64,000 nucleotides of DNA, from assembly GCA_905178155.1 (NCBI GenBank), contig CAJINV010000005.1, positions 6,435,207-6,499,206 of the forward strand, given 5' to 3'. The notes under the pieces are model-generated. The model searched no databases. It saw nothing but the letters and a program-made list of their open reading frames with translations, and was not told where the DNA came from. The stretch is from Amoebophrya sp. A120. Its lineage: Eukaryota; Protista; Dinoflagellata. Below, piece after piece: positions 12,664-26,700 of this stretch (the first letter of the stretch is position 1; the number at the start of each line of letters is the position of its first letter). The position numbers and the translations under genes are program-made.

Positions 12664-14421
12664 TCACAGTATGCGAAACAGTAGAAAGTAAAAGAGCATC
12701 ATCAAAAAGTAGAAGAGACAACTGCATTTCGTCCTGAGATTGAGAAAGAGGTAGAAGTGCACCCCGTAGTGATTATCCAGTATGAAATTGTAAAATAACC
12801 CATACAACCCCGCGAAGAAGTAGCCGGCGGACAGGTCGGGTAACGTAAAGGAGCTGTCGCTCTTTGGAAAATGATTTGATGTCATGCTCATGTCAACTGC
12901 GGAGAGGGCGCGATGAAACTGATCAAACACTTTATCCGGAAACACCGCCAATCCCAAATTCAGCAAGTGCACGTTGAGAAAAAACGGGCTGAGATTCGCT
13001 TGCAACCACGGAACCACCGCTTTTTTCCAGTTTTTTAACCCTAAGGTTTGCAATCGGAGAACGACGATCGTCGGCACAACAACGCCCCACCAAACCGCAA
13101 CGGTGATAAAGTTCTGCGCGATGGAGGGGAAGCGGAGGAGGTGGAAGAGATTGGATGTGACCGCTAAAAGAAGCGCTTTGCTACTGAGCGGAAGGTAGTT
13201 GTTCATGTTCTCGTCGTCGTGTACTATTGCTCCTGATGTGCTGGTGGCGGAAGGCGAAGTCGTAGGAGAAGTGCTGGTAGAAGACGCAAGCACGCAAATT
13301 ACAAATCCCAACAGAATCCTGAAACTCGCAAGAGACCAGGAACACAGCGTGAAACTCGCCAGTGCCCAACGGCAGGTCGTCCAGACGTAGAGGAGAAGGG
13401 ATAGTGAGTAGAGTGTGCCGAACGCGAGAAGTGCTTGTGCCGTTTGTATTTCGATGCTCGCGTCCGTCTCTGGATGAAGTTTAGAAGGTTCTGCTGCCTG
13501 CATTGACGCCTGATGCAGCTCCATAATTCCTGGCGTAGTTGTTCCTCCCGCTGTTGTGCTTGCTATCGGCGTCTCGCAATAGAAGTAGCAATACAGGGGT
13601 AAAACCAGTAGCGCCAGGAGCTCCGCTAGGAGAAAAACCGCTAGAGGAAGCAGCGCGTACTTCTCCTTCCTCAAAAGCAAATATTCCGGGACGCCGTTGG
13701 CCTTCAGAGTGGAGCGGAAATGCTTCCCGACTTTGTGGAAGTCGAAACAGGTCTTGTTCTCGGATTTTGGTGGATGAACGGCAGCTATTCGTGATCCCGG
13801 TCGTCCTGGCTGTTGTGCATTTTTAGAAGTACCACCTTCCACTTCACTACTCTCCTCCGTCGAAGAAACTGTTGCATTCTCCTCACTGAAGTCCAGATCG
13901 AACAGCGTCGGCGGGGAGCGCCAATCGGACAGGATTTTCTGGAAGAAGGACGAGATTTTTTTATTTGCAGCATGCTGTTGGTTCGACCCCTGTGTTGAAG
14001 TTGTACCCGACTTAACTATACCGGTATTTTTGCTCGCAGTTCCTCTTCGCCGCACTGTCGCAGTGGATAATTGTGTACAGCTCTTTTGGCCTGTACTAGT
14101 ACTACTATCGCCACGTATTATAGCACCATCCTCTGCTGTAGTTGTAATCTCGTCTATCTCTTCTAGGTCCGCATTCCGATCCGCTTGGAGATTTTCCTGT
14201 ATCTTACTCCGGTTTCGGTGGCTCACCCAGGTCACGGCAATGAGGACCACCCAGTGGCAGGATTCCGGGAAATAGAGCCGCTCCATAGTTTGTGTGTGGT
14301 TGCTAATGCCGGCTGAGAGAGCAGGAGGAAAGTGCGTGTTCAAAAATCTTTTCAACAATATTTCTCCATTGAAAAGTACGTCGTAATGCTGAGCATGAGA
14401 AAGTGTCTGAGCAGAGAACAT
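12664..14421 (-). CDS. Multi-pass membrane protein, possibly FAR-17a/AIG1-like
   Basis: 585-aa ORF, several TM helices; ITVAVWW, VHLLN and YGVHFYLFL resemble the FAR-17a/AIG1 motif order (family call tentative). Confidence 0.6.
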   Translation of the reverse strand: MFSAQTLSHAQHYDVLFNGEILLKRFLNTHFPPALSAGISNHTQTMERLYFPESCHWVVLIAVTWVSHRNRSKIQENLQADRNADLEEIDEITTTAEDGAIIRGDSSTSTGQKSCTQLSTATVRRRGTASKNTGIVKSGTTSTQGSNQQHAANKKISSFFQKILSDWRSPPTLFDLDFSEENATVSSTEESSEVEGGTSKNAQQPGRPGSRIAAVHPPKSENKTCFDFHKVGKHFRSTLKANGVPEYLLLRKEKYALLPLAVFLLAELLALLVLPLYCYFYCETPIASTTAGGTTTPGIMELHQASMQAAEPSKLHPETDASIEIQTAQALLAFGTLYSLSLLLYVWTTCRWALASFTLCSWSLASFRILLGFVICVLASSTSTSPTTSPSATSTSGAIVHDDENMNNYLPLSSKALLLAVTSNLFHLLRFPSIAQNFITVAVWWGVVVPTIVVLRLQTLGLKNWKKAVVPWLQANLSPFFLNVHLLNLGLAVFPDKVFDQFHRALSAVDMSMTSNHFPKSDSSFTLPDLSAGYFFAGLYGLFYNFILDNHYGVHFYLFLNLRTKCSCLFYFLMMLFYFLLFRIL

Positions 14422-15321
14422 GTAGTCCGCTCAGCGGAAAATTCTACTTTCTAATGATAGCTACGAATTTCTATGCGTGGGTGGGAAAAAATTATAGATA
14501 CGTATGAAGTGGTGAGGTCCTGCAGTTCGTTATTTTTCCTTGAGAAGTCGTGAGAATGAAAGCTGATGGTTCACCCCGACACGACGTACTCTCACTCAAG
14601 ACCTTCGCGCAAGGATGTCTGTTGCACTTCTTATTTAGACTTAAAGTCAGTACGACTACTATCTTGTAGCCCCAGATCTTCCAAAATATGCCTGGTGACT
14701 ACAACCGGAAAAAATGGACCGACATGTATTTTTGGACCACACTCTGCCGCTCGTGTCTCTCGCCTGCCCCTTCGCATGCAACATTCCCTGAAGAATTGAA
14801 GGAAGTGTGCTGAGCACCAGTCCGTGTGGAATTGCAAAACGGAAGAGAACAGAACGAGGGTATTTTTCGAGCAGAAATAAAAGGCACAGAGGACAAACAC
14901 TTCGTGGCCCGAAGCGTTGCTACTTAACTGCTGCTGCTTGTACTACAACCAACTATCTCTTTTATTCAGATGAGTAACGTAGTGTCTTTTTTATTCGTAC
15001 AAACATACATTGCAAATCGAAATTGTCGCGCTTTTGAAAAAAAGAAAACAAAGTTCCATGGTTGTTTTCAAGCTTCGTTTTTATTCCCTCTGGCTACAAG
15101 GATGCCGTAGAATTTTGCCGTAGAAGTTTTAAAAAAACACACAACTAAGTAGTTTGTGAAAGGACCACGACCTCAGGCTGCCGCAAATCCATAAAGCTTT
15201 TACTTGAAAAATTCCAACATCATGACGAGGAAACATGCAATCTTGAAAGTTAGACGAGCACCAGCACATCATACTGCCAGCGTACTCACACAATTTCCAT
15301 CAAACTCCAAACTCCCCTCTC

Positions 15322-16499
15322 CTACCCCGCAAACGTTTCCCCATCAGTTTCTTTCCACAAATGGTCGCATTTCAGGCAGCGCAGAGTGATCACGGGTTCG
15401 TCGCTCTGATCCTCTTTCCGGTGCGTGCCAACGGTCGCGAGCATCAGAATCTCCTCGCTGTTGTTGCATTTCGGGCAGTTATGAGAGTGCGCAACCTCTC
15501 CTCCCCCTCATTTGTCATGCGAAATGCCAAATCCAGTCGCTTTCCTGTGGCACTGTTTGCATGACAAATTTCGAAAGCCCAAACAGTTCTACAGTTGGCA
15601 CTTAAATTTGTCATGCATAGGCTCAACGTGTGCTGGTGTTTGTATTGCTGTTCATGCAACACGCATGAGGGGGAAGGAAATTGCAATTGTGCATTCTCAT
15701 AGCAGTGGTAATAACTGTTTTTCGCAACTTTGGTCCATCTCGGATCGTCCCGCGGGTCAATCGCCATCGCTTCTTGTAGGACTTTCTCCTCCAGATTTGT
15801 TCGTTTCGCGGTCATTTCCTCGGATTCTAACTCTGCTTGTGAGAGGAAACAGAGATTATAGCAGCTCTGGACGTTGATTTTGTTAGTCGTTTTGTTGAAG
15901 CAGCTTTGGTTGGTTTTCTCCACTAATGTCTTGTTGCTGCGGAAGAACTGCACTAATCTCCGGTACTCGATCTGGTACTCACTGTACTCCTGTTTGGTCA
16001 GCATTTTGGACGAGTTCGGGGCAGAGGGGACTACTGGCTTATTTTTCTCCGTAAAAACCGCTTTGTCGCACAGCCCGCGCTCCACTTCCACCGCGATGGG
16101 CTTCAGTAGCCCTTTCGTGGTCAGGTTCTCAATCACCTTCTTCCTCCTCTCGTCCTGGGGGAGGTGGGTGGTTTGCTGCATGGGTTGATTTTGGGATGAC
16201 GTTGATGTGACTGCCTGTTTACTGTTGCCGCTGGTGCTGTTTGGCGCATTCGAAGCCGAGGTTTGGGTCGTTCTCCGCGGACTTCTTAAGCGCACAGGCT
16301 GAGCAGCGGACGATCCTGCAGGACCTCCTCCGGGGCCTTGAAGATTATTTCTCGATCCAGCTAGACCAGCACTGGTTGTACCGGCAGGACGGGCTGCTGC
16401 AGCCCGCTTGCTCTGCTGGTCCTGTGAAGTAGTGGTCGTCGGGTCCGCCATCTTCTTGGACATAGATGTGCTTTGGTCCGCAAGCACGGCCATTACCAT
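15322..16499 (-). CDS. Transcription elongation factor TFIIS-like (central domain + Zn ribbon); 1 introner
   Basis: After removal of 15480-15701: YYHC|PKCNN...DQSDEPVITLRCLKCDHLW = CxxC...DE P...CxxC ribbon. Confidence 0.85.
15480..15701. mobile_element. Introner family C
   Basis: TIRs; DR GCAGT/GCAGT. Confidence 0.92.
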
Positions 16500-17794
16500 A
16501 ATCTGCTTGATGTTTTAGACCTCCTGCAAAACGACCTGCACTTGTTTTCGCGAATAGAATAAATCAGTTTATGGTCCTGTGTGAAATTACTACAAGCGGT
16601 TTAAAATCTGTTCATTTTTGGCTGCTATGTATGTCCATGTTCTTTACAGGTGGTCTCCAAACTTCGGCGTCACTGGAATTTGATTCAACAAGAAGTGATC
16701 ATATCCAGAGAAGTAACTACAGTGCTCTATCTGTTAAGATGAGGGCGCTATCCTCCAGTTTCATGGCCCAGCTGCTCTCCCTAGAAGTGGCCAAGTGCTC
16801 CATGCGGATATTATTGAGAGCGACCCGCTAGTAAGTACTTATTCCGGAGCGCGCGGTAAGAACTCTCTCGTCAAGTGAAGAAGTCTATGCTCAGGTGAAT
16901 TATCATGTGCTGCGACGGTTCTGACAAGTCAGCATCGACGGAAGTAGACACCAGTTAGACGACTTGGACTGCAGCTATAATGTGCTTCAGCATCGTGTAG
17001 GTACTCAATCCTGAACAAATTTTTTGTCCCTCATCGGAGCTGCACCCAGACAAGCTTGACAATTGCAGCTCCAGGTGGCAACAGGCAGGGAAATAACCAT
17101 TTAGGTTTCGGGTTCTGGGAGTGAATCTGGTGCCACGAGTTAAGGTAAAAAAACTGAAGGTTAAGATTTTTCTTGCAGGATATGCTACCTTTCTTCTCGG
17201 TTCTTGGGGTACTGATTACGGATAGCTTCAAAGTTTCATTCGTGGAGGGAATTTTTCTTGATGGAAAAGGGATACAGACTTCCTTGTAGTACTTGCTTAA
17301 ACTAAGTTGATAAAAATGAACCTGAGGGTATCAAAATTTGGTGATCTTGCATATGGTACTTCCTTGTACTCGGATAAAAATTTAAGGTAAAAATAGAATG
17401 CAATTTTAGAAAAGAGACATCAAATCCGCACTGCTTGGAGTGCTGTTTTATCTTCAGACAAAGCTGCTATAATTTTGGACATGATTATAATCGTAAAACC
17501 TATACTTGTGAATTTTTGTGAATTAAGCTATTTGACGCGTGTTAGATATTACAAAGCAAAACCAGATAGTTGTGAATGTGATAAAACGATAAAGGGACAA
17601 ATGTTGAAAAAAAATAAATGCCTAGAAGTCATTTGAAAAGGCCGCAACGCCTCGCACTGAGCGAGGACAGTAGCTAGCCTGCTCTGTGACTGTGTGCATC
17701 ATGATCAGAAAAGAAACATCAACAGATGATTTTACGACTCTTTAGTAGTTCAGTCTACCTGAATAAGTGCACTTCCTCCGCTTGGTGGACATGT

Positions 17795-20700
17795 TCAACC
17801 GACGACCGCTTTCCCCTGTTCATCCGTGACTTTCACCCACTTCCCCTGCTGATTTTTCCGCCTATTCCGCGCCCGTTTCCCGCCCCGTCTCCCCCTGTGC
17901 CTTTTCTTCGCCCGCTGGAAAATTGGGTGTTGCTTCCCGTCGTTCCCGGTGACAGCAGATTTCCTGCTCACTTGGCAGTCATCTCCCTGCTCCAAAGCCC
18001 ACTTAATCGCCTCGGACAAAGTTACGGTTTGATGCGCTAAGTCGACCCCGACGGGGTGTAAATCCGCGAAGAAGATTTCCGCGTGCTCATCATCCGTCGG
18101 CAAGCCCCAATTTCGAAACGTCGCGAGCAGTTTTTTAAACAAATTCATGTCGATCTTGTCGTCAAAAGCGTCAGGGATCAGGATGAAATCGTCGTCGGAA
18201 GTTGAAGTGTCCATAGCAGAATTTTCCGTATTCGTTTTCACGTTCTGCTCGTGGACGTTCCGGACTTTAATCTCGTAGAACAACTGCGAGGCGTCGTACA
18301 AATAGAACAACAACGCGTAGAACCCGTCATACCGCAGTTCGTCGATATCATCCTCGTCATTCCCACTTTCATTGAAACCAAACTCCTCGGCCGCGTGGTC
18401 GAATGCCGCGAACAAAGTTTCGTTCCCCAATGGTAATTCCAGTCGGAAATTCATGATTTGCGGCAGTTTCACGACGTCTTCCCGTTTCAGGATCAAATCG
18501 TCTTCATCCTCCGACCCGGAATGGTAGTTATCGTCCCTATCCGACAAGTCCCCATTCGGTTTCACTTCAGAATTCTTCGTCGCAAGTTTCTTGAAAATTG
18601 CATCCCGCTTTTTCTCATCGGCGTCGTCGGATTCTAGTGGGAGGACTGCAAGGAAGCGGACCCAATTTTGAAACAGATTGTGGTGGTGGTCGACAACCTC
18701 AGGTTGTTGTGTGGGAGGAACGGTGGGTTGTTCTGCAGTGGCTTTGTCTTTCTCACCATCAGCTGCAGTGGTCTGTGAAGTTCTCGGTTTTTTCCCGTGC
18801 GTCTGAATTCCGTTTTCCGCGTTTTTCAAATGAACGTTGTCATGTAAAGCGTCCAACATGTCCTCCGAAACTTCTTTATGTCGTTCCCACTCGACCACGA
18901 TCTCCCCCATTTCTCCGCCCGATTCCTCGTTAACCACTTTCAAAACCACCTGTTTCGCCCGTTTCAAAAACGCGCCGGAGGAATCTTTCCGGACTTTGAG
19001 TTTGCAAGACCCGATTAACTTCTCCTGCACGAAGCTGTCGCGCATCAGTTCCAACGGGGATGATTTTTTGTTCTCGTCTGCGTTTTCTGGTGCTGCGGTT
19101 CCCTCATTATCCTTCGAGAAATACAGCGGGCTTTCCCAAACTTCAAACACCACCTCACTGGCCCCTGGGTGCGGGAACATCAGAGTCATCTTCCAATCCG
19201 GATTTGCGGTGTTCGGGATGACATGCGTGTGTTTCTCCTCGGTGCCGAAAATCACCTTTACAAAAGTGTTCAGCGCCTGGAATTTCGAGGGCGTGGTCGA
19301 AACCAATTTCGTCGCACGTAAGACTGAGACTTCCCCCATGTCGGGGAGTTTCGACTTGTCCAGTAACTGCGCTGCTTGCTTCACGGTTTTTAACGATTTG
19401 GTGACAATGTTCACGTTTTTCTTGAATTTCTCCAGAGCGGGGGATTTCTTCACGGATAGGGACTTTGCAGCCAAGTCAGCGGAGGTCGTATTTAAAGTTG
19501 ATTCACCGGGCAACCTCTCCGCGGCGGAATCCCTCGCGGCAATCTGTTCCGCAAATTTTTGTGCCAATTCTTGGTCTTGCACAGACGGCCCGCGGTGCTT
19601 TTCTTCAAGAACCCGCTTCTCTTCCTCCTCCTTCTCTTCGATTTGGAGTTTCAGCAATTTTGCGATCTCCACATCCTCATCATGAGGTCCCCTTTTCTCC
19701 TGTTCTTCCTGTTGGTCGGCGATTTGCTTTTGCAAATCCTCCGCGATCTTCACATCCGTGACCGACGGCCCGCGGTTCTGCTCCTCTTTCTCCCGAGATT
19801 CAATCACTTGGGACAGTTGCTTCGCGAGCAGAATGTCTCTCTTGCTCGGGCCTCTCTGCTTTTGCTGCGCGGCGGTTTCGGGGTCAGCGGATGATGCAGC
19901 TGCTTCGTCGGTATTGTAGTCGAGCATGTCGGCGAATTCGCCTGCATCTTTACCATCTGTCTTTTGATCCGTAGAAGAACTGCCAGCCGCGGCAGAAACC
20001 GCAGCGCCCGCACTCCCGGCTAGATCAGTGACAGCATCGTAGATCTTTTTCGACTCATCCGACACCGCTTCGATGACTCTCGGACTCAACTCTCTCGCAG
20101 ATTCTGCAACCGAATGGGCGCTATCAAATGCAAAAAGTTCTGGGTCTGGAAGAATTCGAGATTTGTCATGCAGTTTTGCCTGACCCGGATTGTCTGGCAT
20201 GCACGCCCTAGCATCACAGATTTCGAGCAGGTCTCCCAATGCCTAATACGCATGACAAATCCCCTCTTTCGGTAACAAGAAGCCGGGCCTTTTGCTGGCC
20301 ATGCATGACAGAATTTCTCATGATGTAGAATTCGCATCACAAGTTCGGATCCTTCCAGACCCAGACATTTTTGCAATTGATAAGCGCGCTGGTTCATCCA
20401 CTCCCGGATTTTTCCCAGGCGCGCAGCCTATGCATTGCAAAAATGTCTGGGTCTGGAAGATTGGTAGGTTTGTCATGCAGGTTTTCCATGACCCACGCGG
20501 TCTGTCATGCACGGCCTAGCATGACAGGTTCTGTGAGACCTCTATCATGCCGCTCTTGCATGAGAAACTGCCTCTAAACTTGATCAAAAGTGGGCAGCAT
20601 TTGGTAATCATGCAACACAGATTTTTGCGTGATTCAGATTTAGCATGACAAGTTACACTCTTCCAGACCCAGACATATTTGCAATCCATACAGCCCCAGT

Positions 20701-23700
20701 CATCGCCACGTTGGTCAAAGTGTAGATGTTTTTGGTGCTTTTTCTCGTTGCGTCCTCGGCGCCGACACTGTCTCGCGGATTATTGTTCTTCGCAGCTGAA
20801 ATGGACGAAGCGACCGCGAGTTGGTCCTTCAGGTCCAAATCTGCCTCCTGTACGTACTCCATCTCATCCTGGATATGCTCCATATTGAATTTCACCGAAG
20901 ATCTCTTCGACGCGTTACTGCTCGCTGCGTCCGTCAATACTGCATTATTAGCAGCAGCATTATCGTCGTCTTGACCACCTCCTGCAAGAACTGTCCTGTT
21001 TCCGTCGGATTCTAGGTTCATCTTGTTCATGCTGTGTCCCACGCCGGAGGACACTCGTTTTTTGTCCTTATCGTAGATTTTTTCCTCCGCCTCCGCCATC
21101 TTCTTCGAGGAAACATCACTTAATTGCAAATCGTTCTGCAAACTCGAGCTTAGGCCAGACAAAGCGTTTTCCTCTCCGATTTTACTCTCTTTCAAATCCA
21201 ACAACTGCTGCGCCGCCCCGTAGCTGATCCTTACCCCGGAGCTGCTGATCGCCCCTTCAGAGCGGTTGAGGACCTCTTTACTGGATTTACGCGCCTCCGA
21301 GTTTATTTCTTTCACTAATGATTCCCGGATCGTGTTGGACACAGCGGCGATCGTGGCGTTATGCTGGCTTTTTGTGATATCACCGTTGTCATCCGCATTT
21401 TCATCCTCGTCGTCGTCCAGACTCAAGAAATCTGAATGCGCAACCGTCATGTAAACATCCTGCATGAACGTTTTTCGCGCTTGCTTCTCGGTTTCAGTCA
21501 GAGCCGCCGAATAATTGTCGTGCTCCTCTCTTGCGGAGGAACTGCTGATAGCATTCGAAGGTAGTACTAGCGAAGAAGTAGTCCCCACAGCGGGGGCAGA
21601 ACTACTCGGGAAAGAGATTTCTTCCGTGGCTTCCTCCCCTGCAAGATTGATTTTCACGCCCTTGGCACCACCAGCACCTGGTGCTAATGAATCTGGTGCT
21701 TCGACGTCAGCTGCATCTTCTTCTTTCGTGATATCTACCACCTGTTTCGAGAGTCTCTTGTGTTTCTCCTTGTCGATGGCCTCGTCGACGTTGAATATTT
21801 GGAATTGCTTCTGATCGGCGTCGTCGTCCGCATTTTTGTCGTCTTCATCTGGTGCAATGGTTTGCTGGGACAAAGGATATAAACCGTCAGCCGGACCATT
21901 ACCGCTGCTCACCACGTTTGATATTTTCCCCGCTACAACACTCCCCCGCGACGATCTCCTGCCCAGAATCCCCGCAACCGATTCTCCTTCCTGCGCCGCC
22001 ATTGCGGCAGATTTCCGTACCGACTTCAGCTGCTGCTTCCGGTTTCTTTCCGCCACCGTCAGTTCCCCATAGTGGCTGTCTTCCGACTCCGTTTTGTCCT
22101 CCTCTTTCGGAATGGTTTCCGTGACGGATTGCCGCAGCGTTGCGCTCGCAGCATCCTTTGCAGTCGTCGTCGTGTCTTTTTCGGAAGACGCCGACACGAT
22201 CGTGCCAGCCAGTAATGGAGTTGGGTGCAAATCCCGGATTTTTTGCATCTGCTCTAGTTCCTCAGCCGTTGGGATCGACAGTGCGGAATCGGCGATCCCA
22301 AACAGCTCTTTGGACTGAATGTTCGCCAGAGCGCGGTGCAAGTTCATCGGCTGCAGCAAGTTCGCGTTCTGGTTGTGTTGCGCGTGCAGCATCTGTATGG
22401 ATTGCAAATATGTCTGGGTCTGGAAACTTGTAATGCTAAAAGTCAATGGTAGACGCACTGCAATACGCAGCTATGCATGACAAATTTTTTGGCTCCAATG
22501 TCTTACGTATTCCGCATGGCAAACTGCGTTTTTGCATGACAGGCAAGAGGGCCTTTTCGTGCCTATGCAACACAGATGCTCGAGTCATGCCAGACAAGCA
22601 TGACAAACTTGCACTCTTCCAGACCCAGACATTTTTGCATTTGATAATCTGCGTGTGGTCTTTCATCTGGGAGAATTCCAACTTCCGGAGATACTCAATC
22701 TGTTGCACCTGCTCCTTCGTGGGCTGCTCGATTTCGAAGGCAGCATCAGTGGTGGAACTGGGTGGAACAGCAGGAGCTACATTTGTAGTCAACACTTCAG
22801 AAGAGACTGCCGCGGCCGCGGCCGCAGCAGCACCTGGACTGCTGCGCGGTGAAGTCGCTGTAACTCCACCCCCGGCACCTCCCTGCTGCAAAAACCCACT
22901 CGCCGGCAGTTTTCCCTGCTTCGCCTTCAACGCTCCTGTCGCGGCTAGTTGCGCGTTATTCTGCAGGTAGTTTTCTTTCGAGCGAATCGGCTCGGGGTAA
23001 GGCTTCGGCGGGGTTTGCTGGTTTATGGCGAGGGCTTGGGACGATGCGGTTCTTGCACCATCCTGTGGCAAGTTGTTCTCCAGGAGAATCTGCTGGATCT
23101 GCAGCTCATGCTCCGATAGCTGCATCTGTTCTTTCTGCGCCGAGACATTTGTCGTAGTTGTTCCTGCAGCCGCGGCTGCGTTGGCCGCTCGAAGGGACCC
23201 AGGAGCAGGAGCGGAAGTTGTAGATCCCGCTTTAATTGCATTACCGGCTTTGCCGGCGAGAACAAGAGGCTCACTTCCTTCCTCCTCCACTGGTTGCAGC
23301 GGTACGAAGTTCATGTTGACCGTTTGGCTCGCATACTGCTGGCTCTCCTCCCCAAACAAGCGCGAAGGTGCCATTTTCTGCAGCTGCTGTTGCTGTGCTT
23401 GTTGCACGACCCGATTGTTGCTCTTCACATCCATCGTCGCAGGTCCTGCTTGAATCGCCGCGACAGACGGAGATGATCCACCAACCGCCGCCGACGTTGA
23501 CGTCCCGCTAAAATCACTCGTTCCAAGCAACACCGCAAGCAAATCTTCCGCGGTTGCCAACTCATGGTACTTGATCGGCCATTTTCGTTCCAATCTCCGG
23601 ACCACCTCCTGCCGCTCCCGGTATAACAAATCACACACATTGACGCAGTTTTTCTTCAACAAATTCACAAACTGGTCCATCTGGAGCTCAATCGTCGTCA

Positions 23701-26700
23701 CAATCTGCTCCAACTTTTTACACCGTTGCTTTTCCATGCTTAACTCATATTCCCACTGGATCGAGGTTTTGAACGCCGGTAAGTGGTAGCACTGCCCGTC
23801 TTATCAAATGCAAAAATGTCTTGGTCTGGAATGTTGCAGGGTTTGTCATGCATATTTTGCATGACCCAGGATGTCTGTAATGCACGACCTAGCATCACAG
23901 ATTTTTTGAGGGCATCTTGATGCCTATTCCGCATGACAAATGCCCTCCCCATCTAGCACAAGAAACTAGACTCCTCTTGCTGGTCACGCAATACAGATTT
24001 TTTTAGAGTCCAAAGTTAGCATCACAAGTTACAACCTTCCAGACCCAGACATTTTTACAATTGATACGTCTTGCCCGTTCGTCACCATAACGATGTCCTT
24101 TTGCTGGTTCTCCTTTATGTTCTCCTTCCCGTTTTTTAATGATCCATCCTCGTTTTGGAGGTAATTCGCGGGGATAAACGCATTGTGGATCGAGGGGTAA
24201 TCCAGTTTGGCCGGGACAGATAAGCCAAATTTGTTCGCTAGGGTGCCTTGTTGTGTGTTGTTATCCTTCTTGCCGGTGTGGAGCGACTGGATGAAGTCGA
24301 CGAGGGAGATTTTTTCGATCACGTCTAATTCCTGCTGTTGTACGGGTGTTGTGTCAGAAATCGCGTTTGTCATAACACCAGCTGCAACAACAGCAGTGCC
24401 CAGAGTTGTGTTGCTAGAGCTGGTGCCGGTGCCCGTATTGTAATTATTTCCGACTAATTTACTGACACGGTCTTCCGGGTTGTAGAGGAACGTGGACTTC
24501 TCAGAGGTTGTAGATGCAGCTGAAGTCTGCTTGTTCATCTGCCCGTTACTAGCACTGACACCTGTAGAAGAAGGAACAGCATTCTGTTGCTGCGACACCA
24601 CCGCCAGTTGTTCCGCCTCGTTCTTCGTTTTCAGCAGCCACCCGCAGTACTGGTCCAAGTAGTGCAATTTTTCCTTTGCCTCCCCCAATTCCGCCTGGAG
24701 ATTCCGTGTCACTTCCTCCGTGTTTTTCCGGAGCTTTTCCTTCAATTTCTCCTGCTCATTCTGCGCGTTCCTGCGTTTTTTCTCATACAGCAACACCTGG
24801 AACATTGTATGGAAGCGTCAGGATCGCAATCAGCAAAGTTGAAAAACTTGTAATGCATAAAATGCAAGCCACAAAATCCCTGTCTTGCAAAATAGGCAAG
24901 TGAGGCAGGTTGTCGCTGTAGGCCTGTTCTTGAGGGGTAGAAATAGAGCTGGTGAAGTAGCATGACAAAAGGCGTCCTCCTTACCCAAACAGCATGACAA
25001 ACTGGATTGAGGTTCTACCCAAATTTGTCATGCGCCACCTGGAAACTGGGCACCAACTGGTATCTGTTTTATGCATCACAAAGTATCTCAGCTGTGTCGA
25101 TTTCGATCCTGACGCTTCCATACATTGCCCGCCATTTGTAGTATTTTTCCGCGTTCACGGAAAAGGCGCGGAGTTGCAGGTAGTAGTCGTTCACCTCGTT
25201 CAGTTCTTTCAACAAAGTTTCCGTGAACTCCTGCAGCGGCTGCTTCAATTCCGGCAACTCCTGCACGTACGCCAGCATCTTCGCGGACTCCTCGGAAAAG
25301 GTTTGCTTGTTGCTGTGTAGTTGCATATTTTGCTGCTGCTGGAGTAACTGCGCAATGGCGGTGGCGCCGGTGAGATTCGAACTGGCATGAGAAGTAGCGT
25401 TGTTCTCGGGAGTCGTGAGTGCTTTCAGCAAGTGAGGGAACGTGCACGTCTGTTCCTTCAGAAGCGCGATTTCCTGCTCGGTCTGGGCGATGTCGAGAAC
25501 AGTGGTGTCAGCGCCGTTATCCATTGCAAATATCTCTGGGCTCTTTGAAAGTTGTGATGCAAGAAAGGGAAGAGTGAGCGCACTGTGATGCGCTGCCCAG
25601 CATGACAAGTTTTCCCGTGGTTCTGAGTTGCGAACTCCGCATGAGAAATTGCGTTTTTCCATGACACACAAGAGGAGCTGTAGTACGCGGCCACGCAATA
25701 CAAAGTTCAGAGTCGTGCCGGACTAGCATGACAAATCTCGCAATCTCCCAGACCCAGACATATTTGCATTTGATATCCGTCGACCGTGAACAACCCCCCA
25801 CCAGCCTTCTGTTTGCTCCGGTTTAGTTTGCTCTGCTGTTGAAACGATAACAACAAAGGTGCGAACCGAAAATTCACTTTTTGCGGCATCTGCGGCTTCG
25901 CAGGCTCCTCGGCGAGAAGGCCACCAGCCTGGTTACCAGTGGTCGTCATTTTTAAGGCTGCCTGCTCCCGCAGTTCCTTCTCCAACTCTTCCTTTTGCTT
26001 GTCCGTCTTCTGCATGCCCTGCACCGCGAGCGCTAACTTCCCCGCGGTGGAAGCTTTTTTCCGGAAGGTCTGCAGCAAGCTCAGCTTTCGTTGCGCGGCA
26101 CTGGTTGTGCCGGCTCCATTCTGGCCGTTTGCGTCTTCGTTTTGCTGTTGTTCCCCGCTATCGTTTGCGCTGTTCAACATCTCGCCAGCCGCACCTTGTT
26201 CGGCGGAATTATTATTGCCAGAACCATCGGCTCCGGCTGGTGCGCTGTCCGCTTTTGTTTTCTTCCCCCCAGCGGCTGCACCACCTGTCGCACCCGCTTT
26301 CTTTTTCGGCGCCGCTCCGCTTGCACCCGCTTTTTTCTTGTTGCCGGCGGTTTTTTCTAACGACTGCAGCTTCGGGAGTTCCACCCCGGTTAAGTGACTG
26401 TCGTCTTCCATCTTTTTCCGGACTTTACTGTGCAAGTCCTGCTTTTCGGAAGTCACTTGCGCGCCGCCGTTGTTCTCCTTACCCCCCTTCTTCCCACCTT
26501 GTTTGCCACTATTCTCCCCGTGCAGACCTTTCTCTCCGTGCACGACCTGTTGGTGCAACTGCTCTTGCTTTTGTTTCATGTCCAGGTATTCCGCCTGTTT
26601 CAGCTCCTCCGCCGTGATTTCGGTAATTGGCACCTTCTCGCTCATGCCACTCAGTGCCTCCATCATTTTGGACAGCGTTTCATATAGGGTTCGCACCTTC

